Below, piece by piece: positions 9,934 through 21,449 of a DNA stretch of 64,000 nt. Position 1 is the first letter of the stretch; every line of letters begins with the position of its first letter. The position numbers and the translations under genes are program-made. The notes under the pieces are model-generated. The model saw only the letters and a program-made list of their open reading frames with translations. It had not been told where the DNA came from and did not search any database. This DNA comes from a virus (taxonomy: Duplodnaviria; Caudoviricetes): the IMG/VR virus record IMGVR_UViG_3300015263_000969, positions 1,440 through 65,439 of that record. The stretch is one strand, 5' to 3'.

Positions 9934-12060
9934 GCGCGGCCCACCGCGGCGAAGGCGCCTCGCCGCTCTGGATCGCTCAGGCACTGCACCACGCGGCTCA
10001 GGAAATGCCAGCGCTCGACGTGCTCGAACACGAGCAGATCGCAGCGATCGTCGCTCGCCACATGCTCGAGCGCCTACCCATGCCCGCGATCCAGGCGGTC
10101 ATCGAGCAGGCCGCCGCCGGCCCGGGCATGACGTCGCCGCTCGCGCAGGCGATCGCCGAGCGCGCCTGCTCCGCCATCCTCGCGCTGCTCTCGGACGGGG
10201 AGGCCGGCGACCCCGCGAACGACCGCGAGACGTATCTCGAGGTCAGCCGCGCACTCGACGCCGTGGGGGCGCCGCGGATCGCGGAGCCGGCTGCGAAGAT
10301 ACCGGGAGCGCGGCCCCGGCCATACTCGCTCGCCGAGCGGGTGCGGTGGCTGGGGACGCGGGTGCACGGCGGAGGGGAGCGGTGACCCACGTCAGTTCTC
10401 ATCGCGTCGAGGCACTGCTCCTGCTGGCCGTCGACATGATCGAGGACGGCGCCATCTCGGGCGGGATCCTGGCGGCGGCCGTGCGCCATCTCGGGCTGGA
10501 TCCGTTGCCGGGTCGAAGCCACGACTGGAAGGGCGATGGACGATCGCTGTGGTACGCCGCGTGCGATGCAGAGAAAGCTGCCGAGGATGGCCAGCATGTG
10601 CACCTCGAGTCCCGCGCCCGGCGCATCGCCACGCTGCAGCAAGCGGCCGGTCGAATCCATCGCGAGATCCTCTCCGTCGCCGTCTTCTGCGCCTCCCTGG
10701 CCGGCGTGCGAGACGAGTGCCTCCTTCGCCTCAGCGCCGCTGCCCCGGCCGACGCGATGATTCTGCTCGACCACTTCGAGGAGCCTGGCGCGAACCAGCC
10801 CTGGTTCCGCTGGCCGGCGCAGGATCCGAGGGAGTGGAAGGAGGTGGAGCGGCACGGGCATAGATGGCTGCCGTGGACGGCCGGTGATCTTGAGCGCGCT
10901 GTTCGGTGTCAGGCCGACATGGTCGGGCCGGGCGTCGTGCGTGTGGCTCGCCGCTGCACGTGCGGCGTGTTCGAGCACGAGGACCTGGCGCGGCGGCGTG
11001 AATTGCGAAGGTCGCGAGAGATACCGTTCGGCGTGGACGAGACCGCGTGGTCCGACGATGACATCGACCGCGTTACGCGCTGGGGCAACGAGATCCAGAT
11101 GCCGCGCGGTCCGATTGACCCGGTCTAGACCAACAGAACAGGAGGACCGATGTCCAACGAATTGAACCGCGGCCTGCGCTGGGGCCAACTTCTCGCTGGT
11201 ATCGAAGGCGCTCGAGCGCAGCTCGACCTGGCCGCGCGCGCCATTGATCTGTTGAGCAAGGATGACCAGGAGCGCCTCCGCAATGCTCGCGACCTGCTCG
11301 CGGCAGTGGAGCAGCGTGCCTGGAGTCGAAAGGATGCAGAGGCACGAGACGGCAAAGGAGGTCGCCGTGAGCGATAGTGGGTCACGTTTGCGCTGCCCCG
11401 ACTGCGACCGCCCGATGGCCACTGGTCGAGACCTGCGCGCTGATGATAGACCGCTGCCAGAAGACGCGGAGCTGTGCTGGCGCGAGTTCAATGCCGAGTG
11501 CTACGGCGAGCGCGTTGACTGGCGGGCGCGATGCCTCGTGATTCAGGCGGAGGTCGACCGCCAACGGGAACGCGCGCTGGCCGCCGAGGAAGCCTACGAC
11601 GCGATCCTGGACGCGGTCGAGCAGCTTCCGGTGTACCTGCTCGACGATGGCTCAGGATCGGAGGCGGGCGCGGTCGAACGTATCGAGTACGCCGCTGATG
11701 AACTGCGGAGACAGGGGTGCGTCGTACGCTGGCGCAGGACCGGGCGTCGCTAGCCAGGCCGCTCTGCCGGTGACTTCCGACGACGAATGGATACAGGAGG
11801 AGACGATGGCGAAGCGAGTTGCGAAAGTCGTCGGGCGAGCGCTCATCTACCGCGTGATCGTGTGCCCGTTCTGCGACAAGCAGACGACCGAGAACCCGGT
11901 GATGCCGTGGTGCGTGAATTGCCGCGTCGAGTATTACGAGTCAGAGGACCGCGAGACCGGCGAGACACGTCTCATGTTCGACGACAAGCGCAAGACGCCG
12001 CGCTTCGCCTGGGGCAAGGCGCTGAACGCGGCCGGCGGGTTCCGCATCGGCAAGGGCTAG
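9930..12060 (+). CDS. Run of hypothetical genes (9930-10385, 10382-11128, 11150-11377, about 11367-11753, 11805-12060)
   Basis: Coupled ORFs with RBS; several Cys-pair motifs. Confidence 0.55.
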
Positions 12061-12776
12061 ACCGGCCGCTCCGCCCACAGAAGCGACCGCATCCGTTCGA
12101 TCCCGCCCGGCAGCGTCAACGCGCTGATGTCCGCGTCGCCCACGGGCGTCGTGTGCGGGTAGCCCTCGAGCTCGGCGAGCATGTTCCCGGCATGGCCCGC
12201 GTACTGCCAGGCCCATAGCTCGACGAACCCCAGGTCGCGCCACCACGCGGCCGGCAGGGTCGGCGTGTACGCGGCGATCCATCCGTAGCGACACCCGAGC
12301 GTCGAACGGAGTCCGAGCGACCGGAGCCAGCCGCCGAAGTACAGCACGACCTCGCGCCCGGTCCGCTGGCGCACCCGCTCGACGAACGCATGCGCGACAT
12401 CCGAGACGACGCCGGCCCCGCGGCGCGACACGATCGCGTCATTACCGGAACCCTCCTCGATGTCCACGATCGGCCACAGGTCGCCGACGTCCCAGCCGCC
12501 CGCGCGCTCGATCGTGTCGAGGTAGTGGTCGGCCTGCGCTGCGCCTGGACAGTCGAGGCGCAGGAAATGATACCCGCCGCGGAAGAAGTCGACGCCGTAG
12601 CGAGCGCCGCCGGCATCACGGATCGCCGCCCAGTGCGGCTCGAGATGGCGGTGCGGCCGGAGCCCTTCGCTGGCCTTCAGGATGGCGCCGTGCCATGGGG
12701 CGCCTGCCGCGGCGAGGTCGGCCCAGCACGATGGCGATGGAGGGTAGGCGTGATCGACGAGGAGAGGGGATGTCAC
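12057..12776 (-). CDS. Endolysin, glycoside hydrolase family 25 (muramidase)
   Basis: ILKASEG...RGGYHF...PIVDIEE...WIAAY...WAWQY. Confidence 0.85.
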   Translation of the reverse strand: MTSPLLVDHAYPPSPSCWADLAAAGAPWHGAILKASEGLRPHRHLEPHWAAIRDAGGARYGVDFFRGGYHFLRLDCPGAAQADHYLDTIERAGGWDVGDLWPIVDIEEGSGNDAIVSRRGAGVVSDVAHAFVERVRQRTGREVVLYFGGWLRSLGLRSTLGCRYGWIAAYTPTLPAAWWRDLGFVELWAWQYAGHAGNMLAELEGYPHTTPVGDADISALTLPGGIERMRSLLWAERPV

Positions 12777-12869
12777 GCAAGAGATGTACCACGCCCAGGC
12801 GAACCGGGCGCGCCGATTTTCGTGTTACGGCCGTTGACGGAGCCTGATATCGGTGTTACAGGTATTGTC

Positions 12870-13312
12870 ATGATGAACACGGCGAACGGTAAGACGATGT
12901 GGAAGTTCCAGACGGTCGACGCAATCGACGCCTCCGGGATGCACGAAGGCTCGCCCACCGATGCCCGCGGGTTGAGGCTCCGCGCTGAGAGCGGGTACGG
13001 CTGGGTCAACATGGGTGACGGCTGGCTCCAGATCTCGGTCGCCATTCGCAAGGTGGATGTCGCCGAGCAAATGGCGGCGCTCGTGAGGGCCGCCTGATGC
13101 CCCGCCGCGCCGGCAAGCGCGGCCCCGGTCGCCCACCCCTCGGCGCGCTTGCGCGCTCGCGCTACGTCCCGATCAAGGTCACGGAGGCCGAGTACGAGCG
13201 CATCAAGTCTGCCGCTGACGCCGCCGGGATCAGCGTCTCGGGGTACGTGCGCCGCAAGCTGCTCGGGGATGTCGCCAGCCTCCCCGCCGTCCGCAGCACG
13301 ATCCTCGCGTAG
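12870..13312 (+). CDS. Two-gene moron: small protein (12870-13097) plus RHH/MobC-like repressor (13097-13312)
   Basis: Own TTGACG promoter at 12834; GRPP...YVPIKVTEAEYERIKSAADAAGISVSGYVR. Confidence 0.7.
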
Positions 13313-13701
13313 CCGCGCCCAAGCCCGTCCGGGCAGTCGCCAGCGCGCCAGCCGACCCATCCGCATCGGTACCCGGACAGCGTCTGGAGCCACGTGCCGC
13401 CGTGTCGTCGCCATGCTCGCAGCGCCTCGGCACCGGCTGCGTACCCGACCGGGAACGCCCGCATCGCCTGACACCGGCCGGGGCGCGGGATCACCTGCAT
13501 CACGCCGCAGTGCCACGGCTCGCCCGAGCGCCCCTCGGTGAGCCCGCTCTCGTGCCACGCCACCGCAAGCACGATCTCCGGCGGCAGGTCGGCGCCGGCC
13601 GCGTCGATGGCGTACCGCGCGTGAGCCAGCGAGGCGGGCACCGTCGGCGCGAATAGCGCGAGGCGCCAGGCGAGGAGGAGCGCGGCGAAGAGGGCGGTCA
13701 C
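13162..13701 (-). CDS. Lytic transglycosylase (SLT-like) with N-terminal hydrophobic segment
   Basis: LAVAWHESG...CGVMQV catalytic motifs; MTALFAALLLAWRLALF N-terminus. Confidence 0.7.
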   Translation of the reverse strand: MTALFAALLLAWRLALFAPTVPASLAHARYAIDAAGADLPPEIVLAVAWHESGLTEGRSGEPWHCGVMQVIPRPGRCQAMRAFPVGYAAGAEALRAWRRHGGTWLQTLSGYRCGWVGWRAGDCPDGLGRGYARIVLRTAGRLATSPSSLRRTYPETLIPAASAADLMRSYSASVTLIGT

Positions 13702-13927
13702 GGCAGCTCGCGCTCAAACCGTCGCCACGGACCATCGTCGATGCGATAGCGAGCCAGGCGCCACGAGCCGGCCTCGGCCCACGCGAACGCCATCCGCTCG
13801 TCGACGAGCCATCGTAGCGCGCGGCACGCGTGAACCCACGCGACGGCAGCGCGCGTGCGAACCTCGACGCGCACCTGGTAGACCATGCCGTGAGCCTGGG
13901 CCTCGCGGACAGTTGTGAACTTCACGC

Positions 13928-14191
13928 TCACGGCCCGAAGCACTCCACGACGACGTCCTGCGTCGCCACGGTCAGCGGGTCGACCAACGCCCGCACCGTG
14001 CACGCGCACACCGCCGGCGTGGTCGGCGTCGCTACCGTGCAGTCGGCGATAGCCACGCACGGCAGACCCTGGCAGGGGTAGCGCACCGGGCACGACTGCG
14101 CCGGCGGGCACTCGGCCGCGTCGCGGTACGGAGCCACGGGCGGCGAGGAGGTGCAGGCGAGGAGGAAGGAGATGAGGATGGGGCGGATCAT
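13928..14191 (-). CDS. Small Cys-rich lipoprotein in the lysis cassette (possible spanin component)
   Basis: MIRPILISFLLAC lipobox; GGAGA RBS. Confidence 0.55.
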   Translation of the reverse strand: MIRPILISFLLACTSSPPVAPYRDAAECPPAQSCPVRYPCQGLPCVAIADCTVATPTTPAVCACTVRALVDPLTVATQDVVVECFGP

Positions 14192-14383
14192 GGGGTCTCC
14201 GTTGACGGGCTGGCCGTCGTGCCTTACGATATCAGGGCGCGGATGGTCGTCTGCTCGTGGCAACGCGAGCACCCGGGCGACCGGCGGAAGCCGACCGACG
14301 CGCAGCCCTTCGGGTCGGCTCGGAATCGACTCGCGATGCTGCGGCGGGGCTCCAACTAGAACTTGGGGCAGGGCAACCCGTGA

Positions 14384-15322
14384 TCACAGCGCTCCCACCT
14401 GCACCTGGAACCTCCGCCCGCCCAGCATCTCCGCCCGGGTCGCGTCCCAGCCATCGCGAACCTGAGCAGCGCTCGGCTCCGGCGCGGGCACGAGGCCGCG
14501 CGGTCGGTCCGCGGTCGGGTACAGGATGCGCGCCACGGCGAGCCCGGCGGCGCACCCGGCGACTTCGAGCCCGGCGTCGGCGAGGATGCCGCCGATCTCG
14601 CGCTTCGCTGGGCCCCACGACACCTCACCGTTGGCTGCCGTCCCGGCGATAATCGCGGCCTCGACGCGGTCCGCGTACTCGTCGGCACGCTGCTCGACGG
14701 TAAGCTTCGCGCAGTCGATGACCGCGTCCTTCACCGCCGAGGCGGTGCGCTTGGCGCCGGCGCAGCTCCAGGCGCCCATCGCGCCCACGGTCAGCGCGGC
14801 CCCGGCGAGGATCGCGAGGAGCGACGGGACGGCAGATCCGCGCTCGGCCTGGCGGGTGGCTGGCGGCAGCGGGCTGCGCGTCACCAGCGCGGCGAACACC
14901 GCGACCGCGCCGACCAGCATCCCGCCATTCGGTGTCTGTCCATTTGCCACGAGATCGACGCATCCTCCGAGCGCCGTGACGCCGGCCGTGTAGTAGAGGG
15001 CGCGCTTGGGATCGACGCGCAGCGCGATCACGAGCAGTCCGAACACGACGAGCACACCGGCCCCAAGGAACTCCCCGCGGCGCCAGAGCTGGCGGACCTC
15101 GTCCACGGTCGGCTCGGCGGCAGGTGGCGCGGACATGATCGCGGGCGCGGGCGTTGCGGAATCGCCAGCAGCAGGCACGGCAAGCGCCGACGGATCGGTA
15201 GCGCCTGCCGTGTCGGCCCCCGCCGCCGCGGTCAGCGCCAGCACGATAGCGGCCACGGCGATCGAGGCCAGGAGGATGCCGCCGGGGTAGCGCGCGGCGT
15301 GAACGATGGAGCGGGCGGTCAT
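14384..15322 (-). CDS. Multi-pass membrane protein (holin/lysis-associated candidate)
   Basis: Several hydrophobic helices; position among the lysis genes. Confidence 0.5.
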   Translation of the reverse strand: MTARSIVHAARYPGGILLASIAVAAIVLALTAAAGADTAGATDPSALAVPAAGDSATPAPAIMSAPPAAEPTVDEVRQLWRRGEFLGAGVLVVFGLLVIALRVDPKRALYYTAGVTALGGCVDLVANGQTPNGGMLVGAVAVFAALVTRSPLPPATRQAERGSAVPSLLAILAGAALTVGAMGAWSCAGAKRTASAVKDAVIDCAKLTVEQRADEYADRVEAAIIAGTAANGEVSWGPAKREIGGILADAGLEVAGCAAGLAVARILYPTADRPRGLVPAPEPSAAQVRDGWDATRAEMLGGRRFQVQVGAL

Positions 15323-15819
15323 GGTGTCGGTCCTTTCGTGTCGGCGGCCGGCGTGCGGCCCTGGAGTCGGTAGACGATGCTTTGGAGCTCGCGGACGTCG
15401 ATCCGGAGCTGGCGGACTTCCTCGGCCTGGATTCGGGCGCGCTCTGCCGCTGCCCCGTCGTCGCGCGCCGCGGACAGCAGCTTGGCCACGAGCGCCAGCA
15501 GTGCGCCGAGGCCGGGCACGAGGGCGGCGGCGGCGCGGCGTTTCGCGGATGCCACGGCCGACTCGAGTGCGCGCATCCGCTTGTCAGCGCCGGCCGCGAC
15601 CTCGGCCGCGTCCTCGGCCGCAGCTTGCGCGGCATCAGCGCGCTCGCCCGTGTCGGGGATGGTCCGGCGCCGGCGACGGCTCACCTCGTCGACCACGCTC
15701 ACCGGGATCCCGTTCGGGTCCGTATACCGCGGCGCGCTCGGCCGCAGGTCCAGCGTCTCCCTGTCGAGGGTCAGCGGGGCATGGTTGCCCAGCCGAGGAG
15801 TCGGATCGGAGTCTGCCAC
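15319..15819 (-). CDS. Single-TM coiled-coil protein (lysis-associated candidate)
   Basis: AAAALVPGLGALLALVAKLL TM flanked by coiled coils. Confidence 0.45.
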   Translation of the reverse strand: MADSDPTPRLGNHAPLTLDRETLDLRPSAPRYTDPNGIPVSVVDEVSRRRRRTIPDTGERADAAQAAAEDAAEVAAGADKRMRALESAVASAKRRAAAALVPGLGALLALVAKLLSAARDDGAAAERARIQAEEVRQLRIDVRELQSIVYRLQGRTPAADTKGPTP

Positions 15820-15874
15820 CGCAGGTTAGACTTGCACGCCTCATCGCGAGGGTCGAATTCTCGTTCGGGCAAGG

Positions 15875-17439
15875 CTAGCGAGAGCCTGGGCACCACCGCC
15901 ATCGATCGCCGATGTGCCTCTCGAGCGCGGTCAGGCACCGATCGCGGTCGCCTGCGAGGCGGTGGATCTCGAGCTGGCGCCTGTACTCGCGCTCGCCGCG
16001 CTCGAGCAGTTCCTGCACAGTGCAGCCGGCTGCAACTGCCTTCCTCTCGAGCATGGCCCGTCGGTAGATGGCGAGACGCTCGGATGCGGTCATCGGCCGT
16101 GACCATGCCGGGCGTTCCAGGCGGCGGCACAGCGGGCGCGGGCCTTCGCCCGCGTATCGAACGCCGGCGGGATCGCGCGGGAGAGCGCCGTCAGGCACGC
16201 CGCGGCTGTGCCATCGTTCCAGTTGCGCGATATCGCAAGAAGCTCGCGGATCTGATCGTCGGTGATCGTGTCGGCGGTGACCTTCACGACGCCACCTCGC
16301 ACATCTCCAGAAGATCCCGTAGCAGGTCGATGCGCTCCGGCCCGCACACGATCGGTCGGTCCGAGCATGCCTCCCGGAGCATCTTGCGCAGCATCTCGAT
16401 CTGCGGCTCCGGGAGGTCGCGAAGGCGGCGGATCTGAAGCTCCAGCGCCATCGAGAGCGCATCCTCTCTGGTCACGTCAGCCCCGACCATGAGCCTCGTC
16501 GGCCGCTCCAGCGTGATTCGGATGCTCTCCAGGACCGCGCCCGACAGGCGTTTCATGGGGCAGCCTCCGCAAGCGCAAGAATCCGGGTCGCCACGGTCTT
16601 GGCCGACGTGGACTCCATGGCCTTGCGAACCTTCCCGATGAACCATTCGATCGACTCGATCTGAATGCCGGACCCGGCGGCCTCGAGTACGGAGATCAGC
16701 GCCCACTGCTCCACAGATCCCGGATCGACACCGCACTTGGCCGCCACCAACTGCTCCACCGCGCGAGCATAGACCTCGTGATGGACCAGCACCGACCGCT
16801 CTCCGAGCACCCGCTCACGGCGAGCCTGGCGGCGCACGGCATCGTGGATCCTGGCGCGCGTCCACTTTCCGCGAAGCCGCGATTGCAGCGCGTGATACGC
16901 CTCGTGAGCAGCGTCACGAACGTCCGACGCGTCGGATCCGCGAGCGCGAACTGCCGCGATAACAGCGCTGGCCTTCACAGCACCACCTCCGCCCCGCGCA
17001 GCCTGACCATCGCCGCGTCGAGACGCCGCTGCAACTCACTCGCGCGGCGCCGCTCGTAGTCGAGCATGCCCTGGAGGCACTGCGCACGCGCCTCGGCATC
17101 GCTCGGGTGTGACGGGACGATCGGTGCCGGCGGCTCCGTGTCGTACACGATGTGCACGGGGAGCAGTTCGGCCGGCAGGATCGGAGCGCCGGGGTGGTCC
17201 TCGCAGCCGTCAGCATCGTAGGCGATCTCGGAGCCGCAGACCTGACAGAGATCGACGTGGCGGGTCTCGATCCCGGCCTGCCCGAGGCACGTCTCGCAGG
17301 TCACCCGGGCGAGGTCTCCGGTCGCCCCACCGGAGCGAGTCTGCACCTGGTGCTCGGAGACACCGCACATGTGGAGGCCATCGGCGGTGAGGTGGTGCAC
17401 GGCGGAGCGGCTGGTTCGGCTGTGGGTCCGTCGGGTCAT
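15875..17439 (-). CDS. Operon of small hypothetical genes (16975-17439, 16553-16978, 16284-16556, 16090-16287, 15875-16093)
   Basis: Coupled stop/start overlaps; driven by the promoter at 17446-17473. Confidence 0.6.
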
Positions 17440-17445
17440 GGGCTC

Positions 17446-17545
17446 ATTATGCATCGGATGACGAACTTGTCAAACGTCCGATCGAACAATCCTGCAAGTG
17501 CGCATGACGACGATGGTTGACAGGCTGGCGGACGATGTGTATGGT
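17446..17545. promoter_or_regulatory. Back-to-back divergent leaderless sigma70 promoters
   Basis: Minus: TTGACA-N16-CATAAT-6nt-ATG(17439); plus: TTGACA(17517)-N17-TATGGT-7nt-ATG(17553). Confidence 0.75.
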
Positions 17546-17552
17546 TGGCAGG

Positions 17553-20500
17553 ATGCGAAGGATTCCACCACTCTTCTTCTGCCCCGTCTGCGAACCGGGT
17601 GCCTTCATGCATATCGGTACCGCCATCCCGAAGGTGTGCTCGTCATGTCGGCATGACATGCAGCACGCGAAGACCGGCGCGGATCGAGATCATCTGCCGG
17701 CGTTCGCGCGTAGGCACCGCGTGGCTACGGAGCGACCGTGAAGATCAACGCCTGGGTCACGAAGTACGCCCTGACCAAGGGCGTGTGTGAGGTTGAGGTC
17801 GAGCTGCGCGGTGGCTACGCATACTCGACCTGCCGATTCAGGACGCAGTTTCGGCCGGAACACTGGTACCGCTTGAGAGCGAACGCTCAGGCCAAGGCCG
17901 AGGATATGCGGATCGCGAAGATCGCGAGTCTGCGGAAGCAGATCGCCAAGCTGGAGAAGCTGCGGTTTGATGGGAGGCGGCCGTGAAGATCTATACGCTC
18001 TGGCACGAGCCCATCGAGCCCGGAGGACTCCCATGGATCGTGGACGCGGTCGACCAGTCCATTGTCGACGAGAACAACGGGTTCCCCGAAAACTACGCCG
18101 ACCTTCGCGCCCGCTCGTACCACCGCGAGATCATCATCGAGGTTCCGGGTCGCGCCATCCTGGCGGCATTCGAGTCGCCGCAGATCAAGGGGACGGTGAA
18201 GCCATGAGCGACGACCTTGCACGCAAGCTGCACGACGAGTTCATCGAGGCACCGGCAGACGCATGGGAGCGCGCGAATCCTGCGACTGTTGCGCGCTGGG
18301 AGCGCGTCGCCGAACTGGCGCGCGAGGTCACGTCGCAGACCACGCTGCACAACCTCGAGATGCTGATCCGTGTAAGCGAGACGGATCCGGAGGCTGCCCC
18401 GTTCCTGCCTGGCCTGAAAATGCTGGCAGAGAGCTGGCGTCGGGCGCGCGCGTATCCGAAGGCTCTCAGCTATGCCGAGGCGCGTCGGGCGCGCGCGTAT
18501 CCGAAGGCTCTCAGCTATGCCGAGGCGCGTCGGGCGCGCGCACAGAAAGGAAGGCGATGATCGACGCGAATCGATACCGCGTGTGGTGCCTCTCCTGGGA
18601 GGATACCGAGGAAGACGGCTGCGACGTGGTCGAGCGATGGATCGACGGCGCGCCGCTGCCACGGGACACGATCGCGGCGACCTACAGCATCGACGCCGAG
18701 GACGCGGCCGAGCTATATGCCGAGTATGCTCACAACAACCGCGACGGCTGGGAGTGCACGTGGCCGCTGCGGTTTCGCGTGCGCAAGCCGGACGGCACCA
18801 CCGAGGACTTCCGGGTCGAGCGAGACTACGACCCGACGTTCGCGGCGCGAGCGGTCACAAAGGAGGCGAAGCCATGAACCCCGTCGAAGCCATCATCAAG
18901 CTCGGCGCCCAGCTTGACGAAGAGCGCAACGCGGCGAGCGACCTGTGGACATGGCTGCCGTCGTATAAGGTAGCGGAGCGCTACCACGGTGACTACGCAA
19001 CGGAGTTCATGCCGTCGGTCTCTGACGTGATGCGCGAGGCTGCGGCATGGTTCGCCGCGCGCCAGTACCCCGCCACCGACCGGGAGCGCGGCATGTTCGA
19101 GACGTGCCCATGCGGCGAGGAGCACGATCAATGAACTATCAACTCCCGAAATGGCCACAGATGTTCACCTCTGGTGCACGTGTCACCATGGATCAGGCGT
19201 GCGAGATCATCCGGCGAACCGACTCGTTCTTTCGTGGCTATGGCGGCAACGATGTCGCGTTCGACGAACGCCTCGGGGCTCGCCTGCGGATGCCGCATCG
19301 GTTTCGCTGGGACGGCTCCATGGATTCGGACGTCCATGGGCAATGGGAGCGCTCCCGAGCGTGGGAGCGCCGATGGGGTCTCATTGAGACGTCGTACGTT
19401 AGCAACGACTGGATCAGTTGCTGCTTCATCTTCGGTGCGCACGGATGGTGCCACCCAGACGGTGTCATCGCCTACGTTGACAACGTCGGTAAGTGGCCGA
19501 CGATTGATGAAATCGCGCAGGACTGGACAGCCGTCGCCGTCGAGTTTCCCTTCCTGGACCTCGCCGCGACCTTAATGTCCGGCGAGGCGTGCGAGGACGG
19601 AACTGCGCCCGTGGCGACCATTCTCGTGTGTGACGGATACGTCGAGGTCGTCGACGGCGACATGCGGCATCACGATCGGTTCCCGTCGGTCTCCATCGAT
19701 AGAGGGATGGAATCATACGCTATAACTGGACGCAGCGAGCACGGACCGATTCCCGAGACGTGGTACGCGGCATGGGAGAGTTTGGCTGCGGAGAAGCTCG
19801 AGGCGGCGGACCGACTGCGCAAGTTCTCGCAGGCGATCAGCGGGGAGCGTGAGTCGTGAGCCGCACCATCCACGAGCTGCGCTGCGCTGCTTGGTGGGGA
19901 AGGTGGGCGCGGATGTTTCACCTCGACAACCGAGATCTTCGTCGCGTGACGCGTCGAAGGAAGGATGCGGACGACCGCCGGTTACTGCGCGACGACTTGC
20001 TGCGCGCTACGGAGGACAGGGACCAATGAAGCTCTACAACGCACCCGTCGCCCCCAATAGCTGGATCGGAGAGGACGAGCACGGCATGCTCATGGTTTGG
20101 CCACGTGAGGCTAACGGATGGGCACGGCGTACCACGTGGCTCGGCGGCAGGCGCCACCTCACCGAGGTCGAGCCGGCGCTCGCCCGTGGAACCCGCTGGC
20201 CCGGGGCAGGACGCTCGCGCAGGCCGCGCGCTGCATCCGGCGAGGCGAGCCACGAACGGATCACGCTGCGGGCCACCGCCGGCGAGCGCGCGGCGTGGGA
20301 GCAGGCGGCGAAGGCATGCGAGGCTGGGCTCACGGTGTGGGCGCGGGACGTGCTGAACGCCGAGGTCGCCGGGAAGCGGGGCGGACGATGACCGCGACAC
20401 AGGTCCTGGCTGGCTTTCTGTGGTCCGCGATCTGCTCGACGAGGGATGGAACGACCTCGCCGACGCCTTGCGGTTCCTGACCACGGGGCGGACATGACCG

Positions 20501-21445
20501 CTCGCCCCGTCACGCTTCGCCCGGGATACGCCCCGCTGCTATCCGGCTCGTCGCACCCGATCGTGCACGTCATCGACGCGGCGGGCGCCGAGCTGGCCAC
20601 CGTGTGTGGCTACTCGTGGTGCGACGGATCTTGCGGCTTCCCCGTCGCTGTCATGCCCGGTCCGCGCGCTGGCGAGGAGCTGCGGATGTACGGGATCATG
20701 GTCGCGTGCGGCGAGGTCATGCAGCGCTGGCGCGACGGCCTCGGCGAGCGCTGGTCCGGCGAGCGCTGGGAGATCCCGGAGGCGCTGCGCGAGTATCTGA
20801 TGAGGAGGATCTGGCTATGAACGACGAGCACGACAACTTTGCTGTCGGAGATCGCGTGATGTGCCCGCAGGGGTTCGCCGACCCGATCAGCGGCACCGTC
20901 ACGAAGGTCACGCCGGCCACCGTCACGGTGCAGATGGAGGACGGACGATCCGAGCGGTTCCGCCGGCGGAAATGGGGCCGCGCGTTCGAGTGTCGCAAGG
21001 TGACGGAAGCCGACCTCGCGCGTGAGGCATGGATCCGCGCTCTGGAGGAGTGGGAGAAGATGCGCCCGCCGATGAGACGGATCGGGCTGTCGAAGTGGTA
21101 CCGTCACGGCGACTACAGGATGTCGCTCGCGGGTGACGGATCGATGGGGTCGGACGTGCTCGATCAGATCATCGAGGAGGTCACCGCATTGCGCGAATGG
21201 CTGAGCAAGCGGCCAGAGGAGCCGAAGTGATGCTCTGGTGGCTATCCTGGGAGCAGGACGGCGATGACGGCAGACCGATGGAATGGCCACCGCCGGAATC
21301 CGTGCTTGCGTTCTGGGAGACCGGCATTGGCGCCGGATTCGTCTCGGTAGTTGCTCTCGTTCGAGCCGAATCTACAAAGGAAGCCGCCGAAGCAATCCGC
21401 CGCGCGTGCCCCATGCAGTGCTCAATGCTGTGCTCGTTCCCTTGA
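17553..21445 (+). CDS. Operon of about 12 small hypothetical genes (e.g. 17553-17741, 17738-17986, 17983-18207, 18204-18560, 18557-18877, 18874-19134, 19131-19859, 20026-20391 RHH-like, 20817-21230)
   Basis: Chain of ATGA/GTGA-coupled ORFs on the strand opposite the structural genes. Confidence 0.6.
18437..18541 (+). repeat. 45-bp perfect tandem repeat (about 2.3 copies), in frame
   Basis: Unit starts at 18437, 18482, 18527; encodes RRARAYPKALSYAEA twice. Confidence 0.9.
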
Positions 21446-21449
21446 TCTG

